A stretch of DNA of 64,000 bases from Lepidodermella squamata (Eukaryota > Animalia > Gastrotricha): positions 186,001 to 250,000 of the forward strand of contig JBLDXI010000043.1 of NCBI GenBank assembly GCA_047495785.1, written 5' to 3'. Shown piece by piece: positions 1-12,221 of this stretch; position 1 is the first letter of the stretch, and each line of letters begins with the position of its first letter. The position numbers and the translations under genes were made by a program. Below the pieces are notes generated by a model. It did not search any database and was not told the origin of the DNA. It worked only from the letters and a program-made list of their open reading frames with translations.

Positions 1-302
1 CATCAATCTTGTCCGAGCGACTAACTCTTACGAAAACATAGACAACGGAGTGATCTATGTACGAAAATGTCATTCGTAGAAAGTATAAGACAATGCCGAA
101 TAATCCGGTACTTGCGGTAATTGTTCATTTTTAATGCAAGTTATAGCTGAAATCGAAATATTGATCGAAATCGATTTCAGGTGCTAAAACCAGGAAGCAG
201 ACACATATTCGCATGAATATCTTATGTGAGACAAAGTTCGACAACAAAACTATTCAGCTGATCAGTATAAAGTTTAAAAGATTTTACCTAGCGATTCCGG
301 CA

Positions 303-1210
303 ATGGCATTCAGTACAAGCCCTGCGGAAAAACTAAACGATTACGATCATTCACTGCGAACAGCTGAAACTCCAAGCGTTCCTGAGAAGAATCCATTGCT
401 GGAAGCAGAGCGTGGCAAGCCATTCACAGCTGAGCAGATAGCATACATGCGCGATAAATATTCAAGTTATCACGCAAATCGCAATGGCGTTATGCCTCCG
501 GGTTATATGGATAAATTCGCGCAGTCAATCGGACTCAATCTAACCGAAGACGATTTGTCGAAAATGAAGCTACATTTCGGTAGGAGCGTTTGCCTATTTT
601 GCATCGAGGGTTACCTATTTTGCATGCCTATTGTAACCAGGGCCACATTTCAGCGAATGAATAAAAATAAGACTTATAAGCAGCAGAGCATGAAGCGAAG
701 TAGGACCACGGAACTGGTAGGGTTAACAAAAATCGTCCTAAGGGTCCCCAGGAAGGTGAGCTCACTGTACGGACCGATGGAACTGGTAGGGTACTTCGCG
801 GTGCTTCGCTCTCTGCTGCAAAGGGCTAAGTGATAGAACAAGAAAAGCGAATTATTCCCATTTTGTTGCGTTTAGTCGATATTTCTTCCAAATATCGAAC
901 CACCTTTCTCATGAACAGCAATTTCTAACATTTTGCGGACAATTTTGAGGAAGCGCAGCTCCTCACTCCTTCACGAGGCGAGAATAAAGCCTAATTCTTT
1001 ATCAAGTTTATGTTTGATTTACGAATAATGATGCTATTGATGATTCTATATCAGGTAAGGAGCCAAACTGCCACTTCGAGCAATTTCAAATCTCGCTTTC
1101 CGCAGTTTGGAGCGGCGACAAGGTGATCGGCTCAACTTCGAAGAAGCTAACTAAGTAAATATAATAACTACGAAAAATTGGCTTTTAAATTATTTTAACA
1201 CAGGCATTAG
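303..1210 (+). CDS. Divergent calmodulin/myosin-light-chain-like EF-hand protein, copy 1 (3 exons: 303-579, 1055-1154, 1204-1210; 127 aa)
   Basis: FTAEQIAYMRDKYSSYHANRNGVMPPGYMDKFAQSIGLNLTEDDLSKMK aligns without gaps to calmodulin [49 protein letters not shown]; exon 2 CHFEQFQISL resembles IDFPEFLTMM; GT/AG sites and exon lengths (277, 100, 7 nt) are identical in the paralog at 6623-7561. Confidence 0.65.
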
Positions 1211-2579
1211 TTGTGGGTGATGGTGTGAGCTTGCATGTCAGGTGTGAGATGGAAGCTCAAATTACGCGCAATTTGTTATCGCAAGCCGCCCATCATGGCA
1301 ATGGAATCTTTGTTCAGACCCATTGCCAGATATTTACACATATTTTGATTTGATTTTCGTTTTCGTTTTCGATTTGGGAATCGTATATAATGAATATTGA
1401 ACATTGATGAATAAGCAAAATGAAATTTACGATGGAATGGTTGTTGATCAGCGGCGTAACTAGGTCTACCAAACTGGTGGGGCCAGCCTTGGGGCCAGCA
1501 CATCTTTTCTACGTAATTGCGGCCCCGAATTTTTCAGACCAAAGGGTCCCCCCTGTGGTACCCTGAGGGTATTTTTCCAGCTGGTGGGGCCGGTGCTCGG
1601 GAATTAATAGTGAAATATTATGTTGCGACACAATAGAGAGCGACGCTATAGCGAATATCCACGCGCGGAATGAAACACTTGCGGGTAAGATTCTTTTAAA
1701 CGGCAATTTACTCGCCTATTTTATTACAAGGCGAAAATGTTTCCGTGTCAAGCTGACGGCTGTGAATTTCAAAGCTGTTTTAATATTATTACTATCAAAT
1801 AATACAACCCCTCGACCTCGAACTGCTCTGCGACCAGTTTAAGAAGCCGTGAGTTCAATTAAAAAGGAAATTAAATTTAATAGCTGGAGGAACAACAGAA
1901 GATAATTGCAGAAGTACTAGTTACTGGGAAACAGATTGAATTTAGGCCATGAGGGAACAAGAAAAAACATCTTAGAAAACAGTAACTTTGGTTTTGTTAA
2001 ATACACCTTCACTGGGGGAGGTTTTGATGAAAGGAAAACAGCTAAAGTTGAAGCGTAGTAGTATTTTTTATGTCGTAGTAAATGACAAGCTCCATTGATT
2101 TTAATATTTTACGTGATTTTTCGATTCCAAAAAGCAGGCTGATAGTCATCAGGATTGCTGAGAAAAAGGGCTCCACAGAAAACTGACGCGTTGTCCGTAT
2201 TTATCATTATGCCAGTTTTATGTTGAGGTGACTTTAAATTTAGGGCAGATTAAAAATTGTACATGCTACGTACTTTGTTGAACATTCGATTTAAGGGTGC
2301 GCGAATTGTATACAACATTCAGGCGTTTACAACTACAACGTCATTAGGTGGATAACACGATGGGTATCGGACAGAATTCTAGCTATGAGCTAACCTGTGC
2401 TAACCAAGATTCCGAGGCTGACACTAATTTCCGTTCATATTTCAGAATCTATTAAAATGCCGAAAATTACTTTCCTTTCAATTTATTTTAAATTTCAGTT
2501 GGTTCAACCGAATCAACCTTACCTACTTTTTTATTACTAATTTCTCCCGATAAGCTTTACTAAGGAGTGGGATATATTT

Positions 2580-3620
2580 ATGGCTGCTTCTACCCGGGTC
2601 CCAAAAGGGACGAGCAGGAACAGACGGTTGCCAATGAGCAACGAGTTTGAACAATTCGGTTCACGCCTGGCTCAACTTGAGCTAGTGATGAAAAGTACCC
2701 ATCAGTTGATCCAAGATATCTTCACTGGCGTAGCTAATGTAGCTAATGTGACAGCAGGTTCTCGTCGAATCCCAGCGAGCAAGAAGACCGGCAAGGACAA
2801 GGAATTGGTCAATACGGCGGAGATGATCACTGGCGTACTCAACGAGGACGTCATAAAAGACAGCCAAACCGGTAAAACTGATTGAAACATGACTCGAATT
2901 TTCTGCCACTTTATACCACTTGAAACTTTTTGTTATGTGCTCTCAACTTGGAACTCCTCCACCAAGTAATGATTATAGGCCATGGCAATGTCAATCAATT
3001 AACCGACAAAAGCTAGTAGAGCTCCCTATTTTGTGTATGACTTTAATATCGATATAATGTGTTTGAATGAAACTTTTTTGAAGCCCGTTAAGTCCTTGCC
3101 TTTCAAAGGTTACAAAATCTTTAGAGCTAATCAACCAGGTACAACTAAAGGTGGAGGCGTCGCAATACTTGTTAAAAATAAGTTTTGGACTCGAAGCGTG
3201 GACGCTCTGCCTGACCTCGGATCCGATCACTTGCCGATTTATTTGGAGTGTGGAAGTAGCGACCAATTCGCCTTTCCGGAAAGGCTCAACTTCGACAAGG
3301 CCAGCTGGTCAAATTTTATTGCTCAAATTAGGTTCGGATTGGAATCGCTAATCTTCAGCAATCTCCGAACACTAGTTGCCCTCGGATACACTGAAAATGG
3401 TAAATCGCCTCAAGTGCACCGCTGCAGGCGAAGACGGCATCCGGAATGCAACGCTGAAACGAGCCCCCGTCGAGTTTTGGAACAAGGCCACTGACATTTT
3501 CAATGCTAGCCTGAAAATTGGCTACGTATACCCAAGAAGTGAAAGGTCGCAGTTGTGACCATGATCTCTAAAGAGAGGAAAGATTGGAAATCGCCGAAGG
3601 GTTACCGCCCTAAAGGTTTT

Positions 3621-3655
<35 letters not shown>

Positions 3656-4600
3656 CTTGTCGCTCGTCGTGTCCTCCAAGAGATGATCTCGATCTCCAAG
3701 AAGATTATTCCTCGAGAGAAGAGTGCGTTTCGCATCGAACATTCCGTAGAAGATCATTCCTTTCGGATCATTCAACTTTCGGAGAAGACAGGATGGTGAA
3801 AGGAGAGGTACGTTAGTCGTATGCCTTGACGTCGAAGGAGCTTTCGACTTTCGACCGAATATAGTTGAATGGCCTCTGCTTTAAATTGATTAATCACGGC
3901 TTTCCACCCATAGCGATCGCCTGGATTTCGAACTTCCTGCTCGATAGGACTTTCCGTGTTAGGGTTGGTAACGGCCACTCGCCGATCTTCGCTATTTCTG
4001 GTGGAGTTCTGCAAGGATCGCCACTCTGCCCCATCTTTTACTCGCTGTACACAGCCGACCTCGTTCGGGACCTCCCAAGCGACTTCCTTCACGGCGTGTT
4101 TACTGAAGACCTCGCAGCTGCGAAAAGGCACAAGAGCGAGAAAATCGCTATCGACCGAGTGAATCACTCCCTTCAGAAAATTGGAAAATGGTTCAACAAG
4201 TGGCGGTTGAAAATCAACGCTCAGAAGTCTCAGGCGCTGCGAATCAGCCAAATCGAAGCCGCGAGCCGGCGATCTCGTTATTGACGGCAAAGCCATAGCC
4301 TGGGCTGACCAGGTCAAATATTTTGGTGTTTTAATCGACAAAGCTTTTGCTGAAACAGCAAGTTAAGCAGGTGATCGACCGAGCCAACATCCGTCTAGCT
4401 GCCCTGAAAGTGGTCAGCCAACGCCGCTTTGGCCTTAAGGCAAAAAATTATTTGACATTCTACGAAACTTACGTTATGGTTCTGCTATTATTTGGCAGCC
4501 CGGCGTGGTGTGGCCTCAGCAAAAATCAGGTTGCGTAATCGTCAGGCCTTCAGACTGCCATACCTTGGTCGAACGTCTCAAAGATGCGTCAAATGGCAGA
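2580..4600 (+). mobile_element. Decayed non-LTR retrotransposon (LINE; APE endonuclease + reverse transcriptase, Jockey/I-like), frameshifted and internally deleted
   Basis: APE motifs DIMCLNETFL, GGGVAILVK, DLGSDHLPI; RT motifs GEDGI, GYRP, LDVEGAFD, GVLQGSPLCPIFYSLYTADL, FTED (for YADD), WRLKINAQKSQ, VKYFGVLID spread over several frames; 2580-2885 may be an ORF1 remnant. Confidence 0.9.
3623..3654. repeat. (GA)n microsatellite inside the LINE RT region
   Basis: About 16 GA units directly visible. Confidence 0.95.
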
Positions 4601-6622
4601 AATGTATAGTATCATAATATACTATCCCCGGAAATTTTTTATTTCATTTTTTTCAGGATAAGGCTAAGCTCTTATTTTTTTTGCTTAACCATGTTTTTCA
4701 GCATCACGTATTTTATGTTCTTTTTTCTTCTCTACTGGGGAAATTTTGAAATTGAAAATTCAATTGCGAAAGCCATGCTGCGCATAGAGAATAAAATCTC
4801 TGAGACGCTGTAGGGGACTTAATGTTTCCCGAGCCGCGAGGGTCTGAGCACGTGAAGCATGGAATTTTTTTTATAATTCGTGGCATTAGGTACGCTGAAT
4901 TGTACTGTGCATTTATGTGATTTTTGTCCATTTTAGATAGATCACTCAGCTTTCAACAACGTCGAAAACTTGAATTGAATTCCTCAGGTTGGAGAAATTT
5001 TCCGTAATTTCGCATCGCGTTTTTCAAATTTTCCAATTTCCGAAACACATTAGTCTCTTCGGGACTACTACACAATGCAACAATCGAAACGCAAGGCCTT
5101 GGAAGAAAAGCCTTAAATCGTTTAAAATTTAAATCATTTTTTTCTGGTATTAAAAACGTATTAAAATAGCAATTTAAATTTGTGCACGCATGCGAATTTA
5201 CAATTCAAATGATTTTTTTTTATTCTAAACTGTTTTCCTGAGCCAATCTCTTTGGTACCTATTTTATTGAAAATTATTTTATTCAATATTTTTAGCTTTG
5301 TAATTGATCGCTAAAAATGAGTTCTTTTTCAAGTACTCAAGTAATCCGGTACAACTTTGAACATTTCACGCAAATCAGCTCTTCTCTGAAACCATGGGGA
5401 TCCACCGCTTGGGAATTTTACTTGTTGAGATCTAACATTTTGCCAAGTGTCATCAACACAGCCCCCACGGTCTCTTCCTTCAAATTCCCGAAAAAACGCC
5501 GTTTTTAGTCTACTTTGATGTGTTGCCTTGCGAAAACCGTAGCAGGTAGCGGCCTAACTTGGTGAATTCAAGCTTATAATTAGCCAAAAGAAGTCTGGAA
5601 GTAGAAGAAGACGTAGCCAAAAACCCGACCAAAATCCTATCTGTTCAATTTATACAGCACATTGAAGTTTGCATGGACGTAGGTGTTCAAAGTTGTACCG
5701 GATTACGGTAGTAGGTGAGATTTTGGAGCTGGCAAATTTTTCGGCGAAATCTGCTAGCTTGGCCTTGATGACCTCGCATACTTCTGCATCAAGGTTTCTT
5801 CGTCTTTTTGCTCTGCGCGGAAGCCGGTATTAGCTTCAACTTCGCCTAGGGCAAGGAGTTGAGAAACAGGCTCGAAAACAGGTTTTGATGAACCGATTGC
5901 TGACGCAATCGACTGCTCGGGCTTAAAAGCTCGCGAAAATTGCGTAAAGCTCATCTTCCATTTGCAGTTCCGTTAACGCGTCTTGACCAGGGACCAGGCG
6001 ATGCCGGTGCAGGTAAATTGGCGGGGATCACTTCCCGAAGCTGGTGTGACGCCATTTAGCGGCGGTGGGGAGTCTTTGGCAGACGCCGTTCTCGTGTGAC
6101 CTCGCGGCAGTAGTAGTCCCGTCTCTTCATCGTCGCGACCTGTCCTCCATGGGCTGTTGCTCAGCCTTTTCAAAATCTTCCCGTGAAGAATTTTAAGAGT
6201 AAGAAAAGAGAGATTTTTCTCTCAATATGTAACAGGAGCTCCTACTGGTTAACCGGCCTATACTTTCCACCCTTGATATTTCAAACGATCAAAAGACAAG
6301 GCAGGACCTAAATAAAGGACACCTCCTAAGAAGTCGGCTCAGTTTTGCTTCGATCTTGACCAGGCGAGTTCTCACATAATCGCTCTTCGTATTAAATAAA
6401 GGGCAATACTAAAGGGCAAGAAAGTAGTTATTATTTTTAATGCATGCACAATGTAGCGGAAATCGAAATATCGATCAAAATTGATTTCAGTTATAGCTTA
6501 GGTGCTAAAACCAGAATCAGACACATAGCCGCATGAATATGTAATGATGTGAGCCCGAGTTCGACTACAAAACTATGAAAATGCGCAGCATATAGCATAT
6601 ATTTAACTCCGCGATTCCGGCG

Positions 6623-7561
6623 ATGGCATTCAGTACAAGCCCTGCAAAGAAAATAGGCGATTTCGCTCCGTCACTGCGTTCAGCAGAACCTCCAAGCGTT
6701 CCTGAGAAGAATCCATTGCTGGAAGCAGAGCGTGGCAAGCCATTTACGGCTGAGCAGATAGCATACATGCGCGATAAATATTCAAGTTATTACGCGAATC
6801 GCAATGGCGTTATACCTCCGGGTTGTATGGACAAATTCGCGCAATCAATCGGACTAAATCTAACCGGAGACGATTTGACGAAAATGAAGCAACACTTTGG
6901 TGAGAGCTTTTGCCTTATTTGCATCGAAATGGAGTATAACCAGGGCCAGAATTTCCACGTTCAATTAATGACCGAATTAAGACTTAGGATTAAGCTGTAC
7001 AGGAATAACCCGTTCTCTTGTGTTCGGCCGATATGCGTTCTGAACATCGAACCGATGCTACCGAATATAAGAATGTTGATACTTTATACTTTTCCAGTGA
7101 GAGTAATTGAGAGAACCGACTTCTCCTCACGCGGCGAAACTAAAGTATCTGGCTTAATTTCTTATGTTTCGATTGAAGATAAATTCAGTGTTTTTAAGGT
7201 GTGTAAGTGTGTAAATGTTATACACCAAAGCGGGCAAATTTACACACCAAAATTTTGAAAATTTTCAATTTTTGCATTTACTCACCCCCAAAATGGCTCA
7301 AAATTACACACCAATAGTACCCAACTTACACACCAAAGCCGTCCTTAAAAAAACACTGATCAATCGTAATATCACATTCTATTGGTAATTTCATATTAGG
7401 AAAGCAGCCAAACTGCCACTTCGATCAATTCCAAATCTCGCTTTCCGCAGTTTGGAGCGGCGACATAGCGATCGCCTCCGCTTCGAAGAAGCTAACTAAG
7501 TGAATATTATTACCGAAAAATCATAATATTATACCCCAAATTATTTTATCATAGGCATTAG
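6623..7561 (+). CDS. Divergent calmodulin-like EF-hand protein, copy 2 (exons 6623-6899, 7400-7499, 7555-7561; 127 aa)
   Basis: Close paralog of 303-1210 including upstream flank and 3' region; same splice sites and terminal K-H-stop. Confidence 0.65.
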
Positions 7562-8084
7562 TTGTGGGCGATGGTGATGGAAGCTCAAATCACGAAGTAT
7601 TTGTAAACGCAAGCCGCTCATCATGCCAATGGAAACCACCTTTGTCTCGATCTGACCCATTGTCATATATTTAAACATTTTTTGATTTAGGACTCGTATG
7701 TATTGAATCGTCGATATCATACGGTTGTTCATTCAAAATTCAGAAACTTTTGCAGAAAATCGGCAACTCCAGAGCTCAAGAATAACTGAGTGGTGGTAAT
7801 CTTTAATTCTTTAATAGGAACCTTTACCGTGCATTTTCTGTTTCCGTTACCTATGGGACACGCTGTAGAAGCTTGAATCCTAATTCCTAATCACACGATG
7901 CCAGAGAATTCGTAACTTAATGTTGTGGCTCATAATAAGTCCTTTATTAAACCGGGGTGTAAAGTATGACTGCTGCATAGTCCCGCAAACGAAAATAGGG
8001 CGCAAAATAGCCCGCAAGCGATCACAAAAAATAAACTGAAAATACTAAGTATTATCGGCTTTCTTTCAAGAGAGTTTCTTGTTG

Positions 8085-8213
8085 CTGCTGTACTTCATGT
8101 CGTTGCCGATGCATCGAAAAGCTGCAACTGCTGAAAGCGACGTAAGGGTTTGGGGTTTGGGTAGTTAGGCGAAGTTATCTCGATTGAAGTACAGGCATTG
8201 ATGACTCCGCCAC
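8085..8213 (-). pseudogene. Chimeric relic: CUB exon fragment fused to a C-terminal exon fragment of the 32716-35517-type gene
   Basis: Minus strand reads GGVINACTSIEITSPNYPNP..PYVAFSSC, then FRCIGNDMK; acttcatgtcgttgccgatgcatcgaaaa also occurs at ~33164-33192. Confidence 0.7.
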
Positions 8214-8738
8214 TGAGATTGATTGATCACTGATTGTGGTCGGACAGCGGACATCTGATAAAACAGCGTACAAGTAACAAGTCAGCGTTTGTACCATAAG
8301 AAATCATGAACGTCAACAAGTGAAAAGTTTGGTTAGGTGAAGATTGACAATTTGATTCAAAACTCAGGTTGAAAGTCATCAGGGTGATTGATGAAAAAGG
8401 CTTCTAAGGCTTCACTTGTAAAAGTGACTGCCACCACACATGATTACGGCCACCAAAATTGACAAAAGAGGAAAAAAACCACTTGAGACCGTGGCAGCTG
8501 GTCGTCACTGTCATTTCGGCAGGCTGCTCTAGTTGTGCATTTTATCATCACTTCACGCCAAAAATTAACCAATGAAGGAAGGGTTAACCCTAGTCATTGT
8601 TTCTGATAACAGCAAGAACAATTCCACAAGCCTTCACCCATTACATTCCTTTATTAAGTCAACTCCACAATAAACGCAACTCATCACAATGGGCGAAACC
8701 ATAAATATACGATGACGTCATCGGATAAATCAGCTCCA

Positions 8739-11700
8739 TTAAGGTTTCTCGTCGAGGCAACTGTTCATATTCCTTTCGAAGTATTTGAACGCGTTGAAGA
8801 CTTTGACCTATCAAAATCAGGTCTTGGGTCTGAAGATGAAGAAGGTAAATAATATGCCTGCTTACCTGCGTCTCGCTTGCTGCGCACTTACCGTCGCATC
8901 TGTAACCAGTTACCGATGAGAGGCACAATCTGGCATTCTATAATCGTCGCGATTGAAACAGTTCAAGAAGCAGCTACTAAGGACTCACCCCAATTGAACA
9001 ATTGTCCGTAGTGATAGGATAGATACTCAGCATAGTCCTATCGTTGGCCGAGCAGGTTTGACGACATCCTGTGAATCGCCCGGTCGATTTTGAAGCACAG
9101 CGGACAAAAATTTTTGGCGCCGGAGCTGAAAAGGAGATATCGAGAAATTAATTAATTTGGGACCGAAGACTTCTAGGAACGCAAAAAAATCAACTTAAAA
9201 CAGTGCAATTTCCATTTTTACGCTTTTCAACGATTCGCCGTAGCCTACGACGAATCGTTGACCCGGAAAATACTTTTTGGCAGACGCAGGATTTGGATCC
9301 AAATATCAAATCTCACAGTCTATTTTTGGCAGGTAAAGTTTTAAGATTGCATTTTCAGCAGACTTCTCTGCGCAGTTGCAAGCAGTCACTCACTCGTAGG
9401 TGATGTTATCGGTGTGACAGTGAGATTGCACGGTTCTGTTACGTTGCTGTCAACGTAACAGTATGGTCCTGTAGCAAGTGATTCTGGATTGCGACAGTAG
9501 TTGTTCTGGCTAACGTTGGGGCCTCCTGGGAACTTGAGTCTTTCGATCAGATTGACAAGTGCATTCGCTCCCTCCACATCGATATTCACCCAAGGTTTGC
9601 ATGGCTTCCCGGTTAGCGACGTGGCAACAGATCCTTCGTAGTCGTAACCAGTAGGGGTCAGTCTCAGCTCGGCTTTGTTGTCACTCGGGCAGCTTGATCG
9701 AGCAATCAACCGGAAGCCTTTACCAGGCGTTGGCGAGGTCGATTTGAAGTAGACGATGGCCTTGTTCGTAGAGCTTTCGTAAACCTTTCCAGCGGTTGCG
9801 CCGTAAGAGCAGTAGCGGAAATATGGTTGCGTGCCATCGGTTGGGTTGCGGAACTCGACGTAATCGAAACAAGAGTCACTCAATGTTGAGAAACCACTTC
9901 GAACTGCGGAAATTAGTTCAGAGAATTATTGTCATGGCTATGGAGCAATTGCTCACCTGTTCCCACCGTTAGATCTGGTCTTCCGTCGAAGCCAAAAATA
10001 GTACCAGGCTAGATTTTTTGATGTTGATCAAAACTCGCAAATTCGACCTTAAATTTGAGAAAATTACCTGAGAGCTGATAACCCACCACGTGCAAGTGCT
10101 GTAGGCGACATACGGATTTGGGTAGTTGGGTGAAGTTATCTCAACCGAAGTACAAGCCGGTAAATTGATGACTCCGCCGCATGTCTCGTTGCCGAATGGC
10201 GGTTGCTGTTCGCAGGTTGGGCCGCCGAATCCTGGTGGGCATTTGCAACGATCGCAGTTTTTCGGATCGCGATATCCACCAAATTTGCAATCTGGAGCTG
10301 TTCCGCTGCAAATGCCTGGAAAACGAATACTTCTGTTGACGAATGTGGAACGTTTAATGGGGTTTTATGTATTAGCCGACCTCATTTGCAAACGGGGGCT
10401 ATCACTTTGCAGTATTTAGAGCCGAATTTAGAGACATGGAATTTAGAGATTTTTTCAGAATTGAGAGCCGCGCGCTTTGGCAAATGAGGTCGGTTATTGC
10501 TTATACTGCCCTTCGACGAAATGCTTCAACTGGCTATCAATGTGCAAATGTCGGTGTCGTTATGAATCGTACGCAATGCGTGCAAGAATGCAGGAAACAT
10601 GAGAAATCAAAAATCGATGCATTGAAGCGATAATCTCAAGCGATATTAATGATGAATCAAGAAAATAATTTGGACGCGAGCACATTTTTTTCTCGCAATT
10701 ATCAAGTGAATTGTGGAACGGTTAAACAGTTGTTCGAGCTACTTAAGGCATGTGACCAGGGCCCAGGGCACGAAGTTGGATCGGACTAGAGGGGTATTTT
10801 CAGGCCGGCATTTTATGACCAATGTGTCTCCCCTGTGGTCTTTTTGAGGTCTTTCTTAGCGAACTGCGAACAGAAAAATTAAAAGTAATCCTTAAATTTT
10901 TGCGCTGCAACATAGGGAAGCCTAGTACGACGCCGCGGCCTCACGCGCGCTCGTTGACCAACGAACGAAGAAAATCCCGTTGCTAATGTGCTAATGTAAA
11001 GAAGATATTTTTCAAAACTCTAATTTCTTTATTATTTTATTATTTATTATTTAATTTGTTTTTAAATAAAAATTTGATTTGCAGTGAAAAACAGGTAGAA
11101 ACGACGGGAAATTTGAGTTTCTCGTCGTCTCTGTTCCAGGCCGTTTCACTCGGGGAATCAGGGAATACTCTGTGGTTAGCCATGGAGAAATATAATTCCC
11201 CCTCCCCTCTCCCGATCCGTTTGGCTGTGCCAAACTCGCTGGGGTTCCTGAGAGGATTTTCCATATTTCCCCATATTTCTTCCGAAATCTAGTGATTAGA
11301 GTAATTTTCACCATACCTGAGCAGTTGTACATGATGTTGAGCGCTTTGAAATCGTTGAAAGAGGTGAAAGGCGCATTCATAGCTCCAATGTAGCGCAAAT
11401 CTTTCGGCAGAAAATTCGCACCTGCTTCCAGAGGGTGCACCATAGTAGCCGAGCCGTAGTCGAATGGCACGCCGTAACTGGATGTATTAGGTTTAATAGA
11501 ATTCCTGAAAAAAATCAACAAGTAATATTTTGGACAAGTCGATCAGAATACATACTGTATTACGGGTGGAACGTTGATGTAGTTTCCTCGGTCGTATCGT
11601 TCAAATTGGCGGATCTTGTAAAAATTGATTTTCTGCACCTCATTTATATGATCAGAAAAAAAGCTTACCAACCACGCGGCATCTGCCAAGAATCGATGAA

Positions 11701-12221
11701 TTGCCTGGAAATTGCAATAAATGAAGACGAATACGTTTTTTATACAAAACGCGGCACCTCTATGCTGACGTGATAACTGCGCTCATCGAAGTAATCCGCC
11801 ATGTACATCGGTGAACTTAGAGAAGGGAAAAGGAATTATGATTTCACAAAAAATTAAGAAATAATCGAAATTACTTGAAACCCATTTCATAAAAAGTAGC
11901 ATATCCTCCAGTTTCAGCTAGAAATGGCCATATGACGTAATCAATACAGGTTTCTTGTTTGTAAATTTCAAGTATAGAAATGGTTCGGTTCTTGAAAGCG
12001 TCACCTGGAAGCAAAATGGAGGGTCAATATCTCATTTCCCGTAATATCATGTTTAATGATTACTTGTACTAGTGGAGAACGCAACGGGAATCAGCCTGTC
12101 CGCTTTCACCATTACAGTCAGCTGAAAGTACATAACAGTCCCGGAATGAGTAATAAATGTAAAATTCTGCTCCAAAAACTCTCACCGTTTCAAGCATTGC
12201 AATTGCCAAAAATATATTCAT
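8739..12221 (-). CDS. Secreted inactive astacin-like (M12A pseudoprotease)-EGF-CUB-kringle-Cys-rich protein, gene 1 (~13 exons)
   Basis: Signal-like MNIFLAIAMLETLTVMVKA; astacin segments YKQETCIDY, RQFERYDRGNYINV, YGVPFDYGSATMVH, SFNDFKALNIMYNC; EGF CKFGGYRDPKNCDRCKCPPGFGGPTCE; CUB CGG..ITSPNYPN..DYVEFR..GKGF; kringle GYDYEG..CKPW..NYCRNP..GPYCY; exons join in frame at GT/AG. Confidence 0.85.

Noticed and set aside
213-833. 206-aa ORF (and 211-aa ORF 6623-7258) as single-exon genes
   Set aside because: Similarity between the copies ends just after a shared GT donor and resumes at a shared acceptor; the ORF tails are intron read-through
5754-6173. Two GC-rich minus-strand ORFs
   Set aside because: Short, no motif or paralog in the window; possibly TE-derived but unsupported
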